In this document: one piece after another, positions 40,901-54,900 of the stretch
How positions within the stretch are numbered: position 1 is the first letter of the stretch
Layout of the letters: every line of letters starts with the position of its first letter
Source: Daphnia carinata
Lineage: Eukaryota
Assembly: GCF_022539665.2 (NCBI RefSeq)
Contig: NC_081331.1
Location: forward strand, 13,144,001-13,208,000
Length of the DNA stretch: 64,000 bases
Direction: 5' to 3'
The notes under the pieces: model-generated
The model's input: only the letters and a program-made list of their open reading frames with translations
Told to the model about the DNA's origin: nothing
Database searches by the model: none
Program-made: the position numbers and the translations under genes

Positions 40901-43900
40901 AGCTTCTCTCTTCTTTGTGCCAACACTATTTTTTTTTTCTCTATGTTTAGTGGGTGAAAAGAAAAGTGGGAGTTTCAGCGGGAACAACTTGGCGAAAGTC
41001 GGGAACAAAAACAAATGAGAAATGAAACACACACACACACACAAAAAGGGCCATCAACCAATGAGCTGGCCAGGAAACAAAAAAGAAAAAGGGCCATAAT
41101 TCTTTCGGGGGTCTTCACAACAGAGTACACCGCTGATGGGATCCAAACAAACGTCGAGAGGTTGCGTTATTCACGGTCGACGTTGAGTGTCGATTATCCC
41201 CTGATTTATCTCCCGAAAACGGAGAGAGGCAAACGAGAGCCTCTAAATGAGAATTGAAAACAGTCATAACAGCCCCAAAATGTTAACATTTCCCACCGAC
41301 TCCCTTAACATCTCGTTTTATTTGACTCGACTTGATTTTTCGATCTGATGTTCGTTACCATTTTCTTGTTTTGTACGTACAAGTTTACAAAAAAAAAAAA
41401 GGAAGAAAGAAACATTCTGTTTATCCTATTCGGCCATCAGCGTGTAAGTTTATACAGCTATGGATATTGTGTTACAAATGTGTCGACGGAGTCGGGCGTT
41501 AAACGTCAATCAAAGGAGATGCCAGTGAGCGCAGGCGGTCTGGCGCACGCAAAAATCACGACTCCTTTTGTTTTTTTAAAGCTATATAACATGGTAGGCT
41601 CATTGGCCAAGCTGTGCGTCATTAAAGAACCTGAATAGAGTACTTGTATTAATTAGCTAGTAAAAAAAAAAAAAAATTAAAAGTGCGGGATAGAACGAGA
41701 GGCTTCACGATGTTCCATCATCATCAACTCGGCCAATGTGGGACGTGAAAACATAAAGAAAAGAAAAAAAAAAAAAGTGAATATAGACACTTTTCTTTTC
41801 GGGGGATAGACGTGGGGGTTAATGGAAACTCGCCAAAAGGATGTGTCACTGAAAGCTAAAGATCGAGGCAATTTAGCCAGCCATCATGTGCAGCTGGAAC
41901 GCCAGCGCAACACAACAGTTCGGCGCTGTATACCACTGTGCAACATACGCCGACACTACGTGGAGTACACGCGGGTCCAAAAAGGGCGATGATCTATGGA
42001 TCTTTAATGTAACGCCCTCTTCATATCCACCCCCTCCTGATAGGCCTTTCTCTTTCTTTCATTTTTATGATACAGGGAAAAGAAAAAAAAAATATGAAAA
42101 CATAGACAGACACGCGCGGAATGAAAAGACACATGCAGTGTGACACGACCATCCCGCAGCGTTGACTATCGCAACAGCAGACGCCCAGTGGCCCGGTTGG
42201 CACGTTCACTCTATCAAATCGTCTAATATATAAAGGAGGGTAGCTACTGTTCCTCGATGTTTCACAAATATTGCCGTGTATATATGTTTGTGTGCGTTCG
42301 TGCCCACCCCCTTCGGTTGCGTGAGTTGTTTCCCGATCATCCCCTCTTGTTTCTCTGGGTTTGTAACGCGTGTTTTCAGCCCAATATCAAGGTTTGCGGA
42401 GACGCATAAACATCAAGAATCACGTCAATAGATAAAATACGTAGTATTTCAATGTTTTAAATGACTATTTTAGAATTGATATGCAGATTGCGAACCAATC
42501 GAAACGAAGAAGATTGCCGAAAAGGTTAAAGAGATACGTACGTAGTTGACACTTGACATGACCCATGTATAAAAAAAAAAGCTGTATGGAACAGCAGGAA
42601 TAGAAAGATAGGGCAAGCGGGTTTCTTTATACGTGATGATGATGACATGGGACCATAGCCAATCTTCTTCACGACGGGGGAGTTCTATCCCCGTCACCTT
42701 TCTCCCCCCTCGTCCACCCATTTTCTATTGGAAATTCAAACAAAAAAAAGGGACTTTCGGTTGACAGTCGACAAGCTCGACATCCCCTTATTTATTTAAT
42801 TTTTTTTTTCATCTTCTCCTGCTGGTCGACTGCCTCCGACACCTTGCCACCTGATGGGATGGCAACAACATTCCAGAAAAAAAAAATGGAATCTGTTATA
42901 AAGACACATAGCGAAAATTCGCTTATGGTAGAGGCCTATTCATGCGTGCAATCTGTTTAGCTGTCTTGTGAGATGTACACATAAAAAGGGAAACTTGGCA
43001 TGAACGTGCGCAAGCAAAAGACATCAGCATGCATCTTTTGTCAACATCAGATGCCGCGGTGATTATTACAGACTTGTCGGCTGCAGCTAGACGTTCGTGT
43101 CTCGGTCGAAACAGCTGCTTTTGTATCAATCTTGTCACTTCGTTTTTACCCACAAACTTGCACAAAGTACGTACGATTGCCCTCGTCGTGTACCTTCCAT
43201 CGTCTTTGATTTTGCTCGTCAGAAACATGTTGCGACATGCGTGGAATAGCAATTGCATATGATATAACTATTGCTCTTATTCTCTATGCAAGCAAACGAT
43301 GATTCGTTAACTCGTTTCAAAAGAATAGGGTCTACATGTTAGGATCGATATTTGACACCTGGCTCGTCGGCCCCATGAATCCTTCATTGCCCAAGCAAAT
43401 GTTGCGGCTAACGGACGTTTCAAAAAATCTTTTGGAATACTTAATTAACCCCATCAAACATGAGACGATGTCAAACGAAACTCAGACTAAAGTGAATATT
43501 CAAAACAATTCATGTCTGGCCTTTTATAACGAAATTCTGCTTATAAGATAATTCGATATTTCTTACATCATAAAGGATGTGGAAAGCCCAGGGCACATCG
43601 TGTGCTCTGTAATTTCAAAATTTTGAAAGGGAACGTGGTGGTCTCACGTGCATGTTCATTTCGTTTTCAACATCCCCAACGACCTTTGATGAAGAATAGC
43701 GGAGTCACAGCGGACGTGCTGTCCAGCATGTCGGTTAGTGAAAATGTTATTGGCATTATACGCTCAACAGCGTCGACCATTAGTCTGGACGCGCTGCTCA
43801 ACTGTCCCGCACAGCTGATGCCGAACTCTCTCCAGCACACAAGATCCCCCAAAGCGAAATCAGAACTTCATCAGTTTAAATAAAAATGAATGCAACTCCT

Positions 43901-46900
43901 TTCGCTATTAAAAAACAAATCTAAGGGAGCGGAATCTTGTTCCAGTTGGCGAATCTATGAATTTATTTTTATATCGATGATTGACTTTTTTTTTTTTAGC
44001 GATGCAGCTGATGGAACAACAACGAGAGAACGGCCCTGCTCTTAAAGTGGTGCCCAACAACTGAAGGGGAGGCAAAAAAAAAAAAGGACAAGAAAAAAAA
44101 AACTCTGAAGGTGATTGGCATGGATATCAATTGGAGAGTGAAGAGCTGATCGTCTAGCGAAGGAGAGCGAAGGGGAGGCTTCTGATATGCAACTGTCAAT
44201 GTGTCACAGGACGCATACATGTATACAATCAGATCAAACACTGCAAAAGAAGAAAGACATTGGGGGAAAAAAAAAATTGTGTCCGCTGGACTTGTGTGTT
44301 TGCAGCTTGTCCCTACTCCCTGCTGGTTATATTGCTGGAACGCCACGGCGAAGAAAAAAAAATAGGATAAATAGCGAAATAAAAAAAAAAAGGGAAAAAT
44401 AAATAAATGCAGAGACCTTTTTTTTCATTCTTTGCTCCATTCTCGCATGAGCGCATCTGATTGGCAGCAGACAAGATTCCCATACCGACCCGTCACATAC
44501 CCAAAAAAGGTACACATACCAGTCTAGTAAGAAAAAAAAAAGAAAGAGACGATGATCACAATAACAATCAGAGTACGAAGTGAGTGTCAAAAACTGTCGC
44601 AACGGTTTCTCTTGAAATATGCACAGTACGCACAACAGGCTAGCTACTGCGTCTACCAAGGAAAGGGACGATTGATTTGTTACAATGACAAGCCATCTTG
44701 TTTCACAAAGATAACGTCAATGACAGGTCATCAAACTGTGTAACATCTCTAGCCCAAAGTGCAGGATAGCTATTCATTTTATCGTGTACTACACGTGGTT
44801 ATACAAGCGAACTCAGTGGCACTGTCATCGTTCAATGTCCTCAATTGATCACCGTATCTCCCGTCAATCAAACGATTTATTTCTCCTTACGAAACAAGAT
44901 CATTTAAACAGGTTGAATATCACAATAAAAAAAAAAGATAGTCAATCTCTCGGCTGATTAAACAAAAAAAAAAAAAAACGTGAGATGCGCTTTTCTTTTT
45001 ATGCCGAAACAGCGAAGGTGAAAGAGACCCGATCAATCCAATTGAGGATGCATGCTACCGTGTTTACACAGAACGACGGAGGGATGCGGTCGAGCGCTTC
45101 TCCAGGAGCATCGCTTTCTCTTGTCAAACACACGGTGCGTTGAACGTTCAGCCAAGCGCAAAATCCTGTCACACCTTATAGCAGTTCCTCTGTTTTCTTT
45201 TTATTTTTTTCCACCTAACTGGCCCCGCAATGGTGAAAGAACAAATGAAAATCGAACAGAAATGGTTCTCTGTTTTTCTCATTCTACATTGTTACTTGGC
45301 TTATCCTCGTTGACCTGATTGCTGTGCATATTATCACAGGCCATGAGAAAAAAATAAACGAGAGAAGACCCATGAAATGCCTCGTCACCATAATCGCTAG
45401 CTCTCTACAAGGTACATATGCAGCGAGGGTAAAATAAGATTGCGATCGTTGCTTCGACCCAAAACACAGGTGGCGTTGTGGATATAGATTTATTGATGTG
45501 CGCTGCTGTGCCCAGCCGCACCCTTGCCCCCCTGGTGCTTCCACACTCTTTCCCAACTTCATAGACAAGAGAATGAATGAATAAAAAAATAAAAAATCGG
45601 CCACTCTGATGTGTACATTGGCCCGCGATGTGTGGGGAGACCGAGGTGTTGGAGTGGAAATAAGAGGATCAAAATCTTCAACGTTGTACAGCGACTGTTA
45701 CTGCTTGTCGGTCCGCGTTCGAGCGTCAGCGGACCCCCTCCCGGTGGCATTCCACCACAAAAGGATGAGTTCAATCAGCCGAAATAGGCTCAATAATGCT
45801 ACTTGCGCAACACCCCTAACACAATCTCTGCATATTGGCCTGTGCCCCGCCAAACAGGAGCTTTTTCTTTTTTGTATTCATCAACACGTCAGAAGAAAAA
45901 AAAAAGGACTAAATACGGCTGTAAAAATGAATACAAAAGCTTTCGGCGTTTCTCTTTTTTTTTCATTTTGGTGAAATTTCAATTCAACTGTTTTTGTCGC
46001 ACATTTTTATTTTTTTCAAAATGTTTCAATTCGAAATGTAACAGCAGGATATATTGAGAAACGGCAATCTACTCGAAACATTTTTGAAGAGGCTCCACTC
46101 TCATCAACCAGTGCATGTATCCCCTTTTTTTTTATGGAGGATATATAGACTCTGCTCAAAGATACTCTATCGAGTACGTATACATCACAAGAGGGTCCAT
46201 GAAAGGAAGCTACAGTTGACGGGAAATACATATTGTAATATGAAGTGTATATAGCCTGATGGACTTATATCAGTAGCCCCCCGCCACCCAAAAAAGGAAC
46301 TTTTATTTTTCATGACTGCAGAATGACACACACACACACAAAATTCCAGCGCAAACGTATTTCTAAAAATACAACATTTAGCCGGGTTGGGGGATTTATT
46401 TTCCACTCGATCGAGTCTGCAAGATCAACCGAAAATTTCGGTTTTCATTTTCAAAGGCAGTTATCTCTACACTGCATAGAGCTGTGTCCAAATGTAAACA
46501 GAAACTAGCGCGTTTCGGTTGATGTACTAAAAAAAAAAAAATTAGGCCTAGACGCTTTTTTTATTAGTTTAGTCGATGAAAAATGTGAAGGAATGTAGTA
46601 AGTGATAAACTAATCCTAACGGTTGATGATCTCACTTGATTTCGAAATGAACAGGGGTGTCAAACGAACGCTGCTTAACAACAGAATTGGACGTAAGTAA
46701 GATCATCAATAAAAACCGCCGCGGACGTGTCAGTATCATCCGTCGACCTGGCTCAATTTAGTCCCCACACATCTCCGTTTATTATCTGAACAGAAGACAT
46801 GCGATTGTATATTATATACGGCGATAAGAGCGAGCGCTCCGTGTTTGTGTGGATGCGGCAGCCGCTCGCCTTGTTTTGTTTGCGCTATCAGCGACCGGTT

Positions 46901-49900
46901 CAACAAGTTTGCCGTGTATATTAGAGTCAAGCGGACATGTTAGCGACGTCAAACAAACAGCAAATATTACAACGGCAGACGGCACCAATGTCAACGCCTC
47001 GCACCATAGTTGGGGATGAAGCTATCTTTTTTTTTCAACTTGTCTACGTTCGAAGTTTTATGACATGGGGGGGGGGGATCTTTGGTTTTTTTTTTCAAGT
47101 GATGGGTGGACAGGCACGGTTGGAAGACAGAGAAAGGCATGTATGTCGAGAAGAAAGGGACTATATCTAGAGAAAGACATAGGAAAGAGCGCGGGGGTCT
47201 TGACAGATCTATTGGCCTTATTTCATCCACGCTTTGGGCTCAACTTGGCTTTTCTCGGCTAGAATCCTTTGTGCAACCACTGGACGGCGGCACCGAAGCG
47301 CGAGGAACACAACTTGCAGATAAGATAACAGGGCAAAAAAAAAAACACAGGGAAAAAAAAAGTGAATAGAAAAAAAAAAAAAATAAATAAAAGAATAGAA
47401 GTTAAAAAAAAAGAGTGAACGAATATCAGCAATTCAACAAAGGGAAAAAAAGAATATTTGAATTTGAAACACAGTGGGCCGATTCTCCACTCATTTCCAA
47501 GTGTCAACATATTCAACATGGAGCTCAATTTAAACCGCATATTTCCGGACAATCATCGATGAAGAAATACAGTTCCATCAATAAATGAAAACAGTTGAAA
47601 CGAACTGAAGTTTTCCCTTTGCGTGCCAGCGCGATTTACAGGGCTCATTATAGAGCGTGTAAATCAACACATCCCCACGAAATTAATTCTACCATGTATC
47701 ACTGCCTTATTGTGACATCTGTATCTGGCAAAACGGCTCCGCGTATTTTAGGGGGAATGCAATCGAAAAACCAAACGAGCGGATGACATGATGTTTTTTT
47801 GTTTTTGTTTTTTATCTTTGAGCTGTTTCCTTTAAGGAAGACCGAGCGCAATCAAAACGAGCACATCCTCGACAAGTGTATATTCTTCTGTGGTTGACCG
47901 CATTCATCCCTCGTTCGGGATAGTCCCTGCTGCCTTCCCCTATATCTTAGCCTCGCTTTCCTTTGGCATCATCACATCACCCGGAACCAGACGAAACCGC
48001 AGTTCAAAGAAGCTGCGTAACCCGAACCGTATAGGCTTTACCCGCTGTTCGGATGTGCGTAATAAGAAAATGTTGTTCGTCTTCCATATTTGTGTAGCTT
48101 AGCTTATCACGCATGCACATCTTTTTTTTTTTTTTTCTATAATTTATTACTCGAAACCCGAATGCGTTTGATAGAAGAAACATTGTTGAGAGTTTTTCAA
48201 ATAAAAAAAAAAACGGACCACTACACAAATATCAGATTTTCTTTTTCTTTGTGAATCAATTTTGAATTGGAGCGTGATCGATTCGCCAATGGAAGTCGGG
48301 ATCGATCAAGCCCGTCAGCGTTTGATACAAAAGCGGACAAGTCATTCATCATGTAAAGGGTATACTGTATATCGACGCAATATGCGCGATAAACACTCAC
48401 AAAATCGTGATGCTATATTTACATAATTCCCGTAAAAGTCAAGCCTATTGTGCAACCGATTCAGAGAGCAAAATATGGCTGGGCGTAGGCGCGTACGTTT
48501 AAACTGGACATGATGGATCGCATCGCTGAAGCTGCTGGCGAAAGCTATACAGCGCTATACACATATTCAACATCACAAGTATAAGAATCATATGTACGTA
48601 CGTCGTCGCTTTTTATTGATTCCTAGCGTATCATGCAGCCGTAAAGTGCCTGCCTAAAAGATGTACGGTGCACGTATCAAATAAAAACATGCGTGGCGGG
48701 CACGGTGCTAAATGACCGGGTATGGCCTCCCCGTACTTAGTTCAACTCCTCCTTCTTTGGCACGCCGAAACAACGGGAATCAAAAAATAAAGAAAAGAAA
48801 ACAAGAGGCCGAAAGGAAGAAAAAAAAAGGGGGGAGAGAAAAACACGCAAATATTGAATATAAGGTATTAAGCGTGACTCGAACTGCGGCGACGATTTGG
48901 AATTTTTTTAAAACATGACAACGGGCTGAAGACATGCGCCTTCTTCCCGTGTTATGAGGGACGGTTTGTTCTTCGCATCCCGCCCCATCAGTGGCTGGCG
49001 TTCCTCCTTCTCGGTAAATTACATCAGAAAACAACCGAGCTGCGGCATATACATATACACGGGACGTGGCAATATAAATCTACACACACTACACATATTT
49101 GCTATACGTCGACAAAATGCATATTATAAAAATGGCTGTAAAACACTTTCCCGCTCGGGCCCCGGCATTTTTTTTTTTGTTTTTTTGTTTTCGTAGTAAA
49201 AATATTTAAAGCTAACAAGAAAAACAAAAATAGCCGAAGAAAGAAAAAATAAAGGAGGAGACGATGAATAAAGAAAAACTAATCTTGACGATCTTTTATG
49301 GCCTCATGACAAACCGGCTCGGCGTCGATGCAAACCGAAAGGGAAATAGCAAAAACTATCGCGTTGGTGTTTCTTCAAAAAGAAGAGGTGTGCTATTCGC
49401 TTTACTACACACCGAGCAGATACGGTAATAAGGTACGAACAAATCTCGCACGCAAAACAAATTTTAAAAATATCCAGGTGGGGGTTAATAAAAAAAAAAC
49501 ACTCCGCAAAGCCTCTCGAAACCTGCTCGGAGTGTAAACGAACGGAAAAAAAATACCCGAACATTTTTTTTTTTATCATCAGCAAACGGTTTGCTTTTAC
49601 GTAATTCGCATGTATAGAAGTAGAGATAATTGATCCTAAGTAAACAAAAGATCAGGCCAGCAGATAAATGATGTGACTTACCAAATGATGACGAACGGAC
49701 GAGATAAACGAACCGACACAATCGAATGGCTTCAAATCACCACAGTTTGCAGTTTTTGTAATTTCGGGGGATTGTTTTTCAACAACAACAAAAAATTTCG
49801 TTCTGAACTAGAAGAGACCACACGACGAAATGTTGCGACTTTTCTTGTGTCTTCCTGCTTTTCTGACGGACCCCGAAAGGAGCAATGGGGATCTTTATTA

Positions 49901-50097
49901 TGTATGTATACGTTGATCAAGAGAGGAGAGAGAGAGAGAGAGAGAGTGGAGCTGATGAGAGACGCGACCAGCTGGTCAAAGTGTCACTGCGAAGATGGTC
50001 GCAGACGAGTTCACACAAAAAGTGAGCGGGGGCTCTTCCTCAACCTCCCTCTCCTGGCCGGGACATGCAGAAAGACGGGCGAAGTAAAAAGAGGGAC

Positions 50098-50100
<3 letters not shown>

Positions 50101-50149
<49 letters not shown>
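50101..50149. repeat. (GA)24 microsatellite, with a second (GA)~10 tract at 49926-49946
   Basis: Directly visible dinucleotide repeat. Confidence 0.95.
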
Positions 50150-50152
<3 letters not shown>

Positions 50153-53100
50153 ATAGTGAAAGAGAACAAGGATACTGAGAGATTCCGACTAGCATTGGCC
50201 GGCCGTGATTGAGGCTCCACCTCTCTTTACCCGTCTAGGACCAATACGGTCCGACCCTTAACAGATGATGACAGACCCCACCCTTCCATATCGTCCCGGC
50301 TCTTCGCATCATCTTCACGATCCCGACCGAAAAAAAAAAGGTTTTCCGGATGATCTCATTAAAAAATATCTCACTGGCGCTGGGCTTTTCCGCGGGTAAC
50401 TACCGTACGCCCGTCCCGAAGTTCCTTCGTCTAATTGGCTCATTAAGTCCGGCACACAATCGTCTGATTTCCTCTTATATACGATGATTACCAAGTCAAA
50501 AACGAGCACAACTCCAAAAACTGTTGGGATCTGTATATACTGTCACGTTTAATATCAGACGTCGTATGCGGCGCACCGTGCCATCTAATAAAGACAGGAG
50601 CATTGCTCGCCCCCGTATGCAAATCGTCAAATATCTATCCTTATAAATTTACTGTATGAAACCGCACCGCTTCCGTGATAGCGTTTCTGGCTGATGGAAA
50701 AGACCCACACCGATCTTTTCTTTCCCCCTTTTCAAAGTGTATATTAAGACAACTGATTTCAAACATTAACGCAATATCCTTTAAAATACCCCGTTGTATT
50801 TTAACAATCAGTTGTTCCGTGTCCACTGTCGCGACTGGTAGGAGATACCCCCGGCAATAACGATAACAATAAAAAAATGTTGAACAAAAAAAAAAAAAAA
50901 GAAAAAAGCAAACAAAAAAAAAAGGAATGACAAAAGGTAAACACCTACCACATGTATAGACCTTAAATAGGGCTGACGGTCAATCTGGACCCTTCGATGG
51001 GAGGTGCCTCCCTTGTCGGTTGTGTCTACACACATGAATAAAGAAGCAAAAAAAAAAAAAGATATAGGCTATAATACGGCGAAACGAAAGGGAGAGACCG
51101 ATGAGATACGATATTTGAACAGCTCGCTCACGCTAGCCTTGTGTATATATTCCCATCATCGTCAGGGAAACAAAGGGGTAGCTTTATTTTTTTTTTTGAA
51201 CGACCTTTCCGTGTTCACCTTTCATCTATAGGATGTCCTGGATGGATTCCTCGCCTGACTGGCAACAGTGTCATCGTCTATGAGCGCACACACTGCTTTA
51301 TAATATATATATATATAAACAGAACAGCACAAGGACAATATAAAAGAAAAAGAAGGGGCGACTCGCTCTCTCTCTCGTTTGCTTTATATTCGTTGTTGGC
51401 CAGTCCACGCGTTTTCTTCTTAAAGACACACCCAGATACTAGGCCTGTGTATACAAATGCATCGCGTACATTGTGTGTAGTACAAATATGTTTTTACTGC
51501 TAATATAGGCATGTCCACTTTGAGCCGTACACCGCGTAATACTTGCGCGTATTGTATATATATATATATTTACTCTTAATCCCATAAGGGTTTGAAGGGG
51601 GGGGGGGGGATGGTTCTAATTGGCAACATTGGATGAGCGAGAGTGAGAAAGACGCCTCTCTCTCGGTCACGAAATACTCGATCACCCGAAAATAGGGTTA
51701 AATGCTTGTGTGTGTTTATATCGTATATACCAATCTACAAAGGCTATATAACGTAGAGAGTATGTATATATACTGCACAAGCGATCCGTGTGTACATGTT
51801 GACGAGACCATGGCGTGCTCATCATCATTTAGCGCCAGTAACATCGTTTGACCTTCCCCTGTTATTAGTTCTTTTTTTTTCTCTTCATTCTATCGGTCAG
51901 GCTTTTTCGCCTTCTATTACATCCATCAGGACACGAGTCTATGTAGCGACGGCTGCGATATATAGTGGGGAGGCCATCGAGACGAGCAAGCGTATCACCA
52001 GGTCATTAATAACTATCGATATCAACAACAAGAGCCACTGTGCAACAACGCAATTTATGTAACTATACACAACCACCATTAGATCTAGTATAACGTAAAT
52101 CCTTGTTGAACATCGATTAATTTTAAGTGTTTTGCGTGTACATTCACGGCTCGTAAAAATTAATTGTCCATTTGTTCATCAAACATCTTTAGTGGATTAG
52201 AACCTGTAGGCGCAGTACAGAATGTAAAAAACACATAATATATCAAAGTACAACTAAGCAGAAAAAAGAGTTGGAAAAATTCGATTAGATGAAATTAGAA
52301 ACTTTTGCTTCCCCCCTCCCCCCTTCCTTTTTCTCTTTGATTTCATTTGGGGAAATGTCCGTATAATCGGCTGGCACTTTGAACGTCACACGCCGTGGGG
52401 GTAAATAGAGGCAAACTGTAATCTATATTTAGAGGAACAACTGCTTGTGTCATAGACTTTTCAATGCGTGGTTCCCCCCTTTAATGCGGTGCCTCAATTT
52501 TTTTTAATTAAAACTGAAAATTTATAGCCGACAGCTTTAGCGATGCAAGGTGGTGCACTTTCATATGATCAAGATTTACTGGCTAATCTTCTCTCATCAT
52601 TATGCAACATCAGTTTCAACGGTACATCGGCCCTCCCTATATGCTGCAGTGATCCCAACACTTCATTATCGATCCTCCACCTATAGTAGGACAACACCAG
52701 CCTGTGCTTCGCGTACACAACCGATAGCCACATCTACGATGTCGTGGATATCAGGCCAGTATTTTTAAATTCTTGTATTCGATTGAATCCGTACTCTAAA
52801 TTTTCTTTTGGGGCTGTTTGTTTATTGAATTTGAAAAACCCTACAGTGTTTATTTTTTTAAACCAAAAAAATTGCGTGCCTCTCAGCAACTCCTTTGAAT
52901 ATGTAAAACGATGAAATCTAATCCGCTTTCGTGGATTTATTCTGTCACAGCTTAACCTTTTAACTCCATAAATGTATATACATATTTATTTATTAGTCTG
53001 CCGTCTAGAACCAAACGACAGTATACTTGGATGTACACACCGATCAGCAGCGTACACATAGATCTGCATACACAGATGAGCCGGATCAATGATATACATT

Positions 53101-54865
53101 TTTGAATCATTCAACAATCGATATAGAGGTGGGCTATATACGCAGCACCCCTGTGTAATTGTTCGATATATGCGTTCGTGTACATGTATGGCTTTTTTCT
53201 GGTCACAGTGGGTTACCTCTACCGGCGAATGATGACTGATGTTTGGCCAACAGATTACAATTCCACGTCATTCATCTCGGGTCGTATCATGCCAAACCAG
53301 CAGCACTTCTACGGATATACGCGATAGAGTAGGGCACGGTGCAGCAAGGAGAAGAAGAAAAGAAATCGCCCATAAACAGCAGAGGGTTATTGGTTTTACT
53401 CGCCCAGGACAACTAACATCTGCCCCCTACACTCTCTGCTGAGGTCCCCCTTTTTTTTTCCCTACACCGTCCACGCAACGTCCTATCTACCGCAATCCAA
53501 TAGACTTTCCAAAACGTGCGTTATACAATACTTTTGTTGTTGCCTCAAAAAAAAAATGTCTCGTATAATGCAGCGTGTGTGTGTTACGGCTGTTTGATGT
53601 ATAAATCAGATCTTTGCACGTCAAAAACATTAAAAAAAAAAAAAGAAAAGGACAATGATCTAAAAAAAAAAAAAAGGCTATGACGTCTGCTTCTCTATAC
53701 GATGGCAGGAGAGCCGGAATGGCGTATCCTCCCACTGCGCCAATGGAGGCGTTTCCGCGCGTAGAGCGTCCATCATCCATCATGAGCAGCACCGGGTCGC
53801 TGCCATCACGCACTCTCTTTCCATCACACTCGTCTGTATCATCATCATCAGTTCGTCCGCATGTCGTAGGAGGGAGGGCATGTAGGCCACGTAAAGCCAC
53901 GTATCGATAAAGACATCATCAAACGGTGTGTTTGATTTATACAAAATGTCCACGTACAGCGGTCGTTCCTACTGATAAAGAAATGCGGAAAAAAAACGAG
54001 AGACCAGTGTTTTTGTTTGAAATCAGCAGATCCGTTTCATTCATCATCGAAACAGCTGACCGAATAAGTGGAGTATAATGTCATAGGTTCCAGCAGTGCG
54101 CGATGGAAGCAGGAAACAATCAAAATGGGGAGCGCTTTCTTTAACTTTTAAATGCCTTTACTTTACCGTCTGATTTTATGTGTAGATTGCTTACTCGGAG
54201 ACGACAACGTTAACTCTAAGAGAAGCGAAATCATTGTTGGTCGGTAGCAGCATTCGTTCGCAAGAAAGACGGCTGCGTGTGATAAAACAATTTTATGAAT
54301 TCTCAGCACACGCATGGCAGTGGCTGTATGTAAAAGAAAATGGACAAAATAAACTTGCCTTTTTTTTTCTTATTTTACTGTTTTACCTACAGGGTAGAAA
54401 AGCTCACGTGATCTATGCTAAGCCATCGTTTACATTTTGCACGTTTCCCCCAATTATGCTTTCATTTTGATTTTGAAGACAAGTGAATACAAATGCGAGC
54501 AATGCAAATGAGTATTTTAAATTTAAGAGCTGATGCTGGTTAATGGAAATTCGTTGGCCAGCGCTTATCACGTAGGCGGTACAGATGCGAAATGCTTAAA
54601 AAACAAACACTTACTGGATGGCATGGTTTAATTTAGAGCAGCTGGTAAAATAAGGAACTGACTGTAACTATATTGGCCTATTCTATTTCTTTAGATTTTT
54701 TTTTTGGGGGGGGGGGATTGAAGTTCTAGTGTTCTCTCTCAGATTTTTTTTTTTTTTCTTTTTTTATTCTTAAAGGAAATGTACGGACGTGACTCGCTGG
54801 TCGGATTCCTAACTGGTAATCGACCGCGTCTCCATTCTCGTTTTGCCTCTCCTTTTCTTTTTACA

Positions 54866-54900
<35 letters not shown>

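Noticed and set aside
49673..50212. 179-aa ORF with (ER)n repeat
   Set aside because: Length is explained by stop-free GA microsatellites; non-ATG start and no domain.
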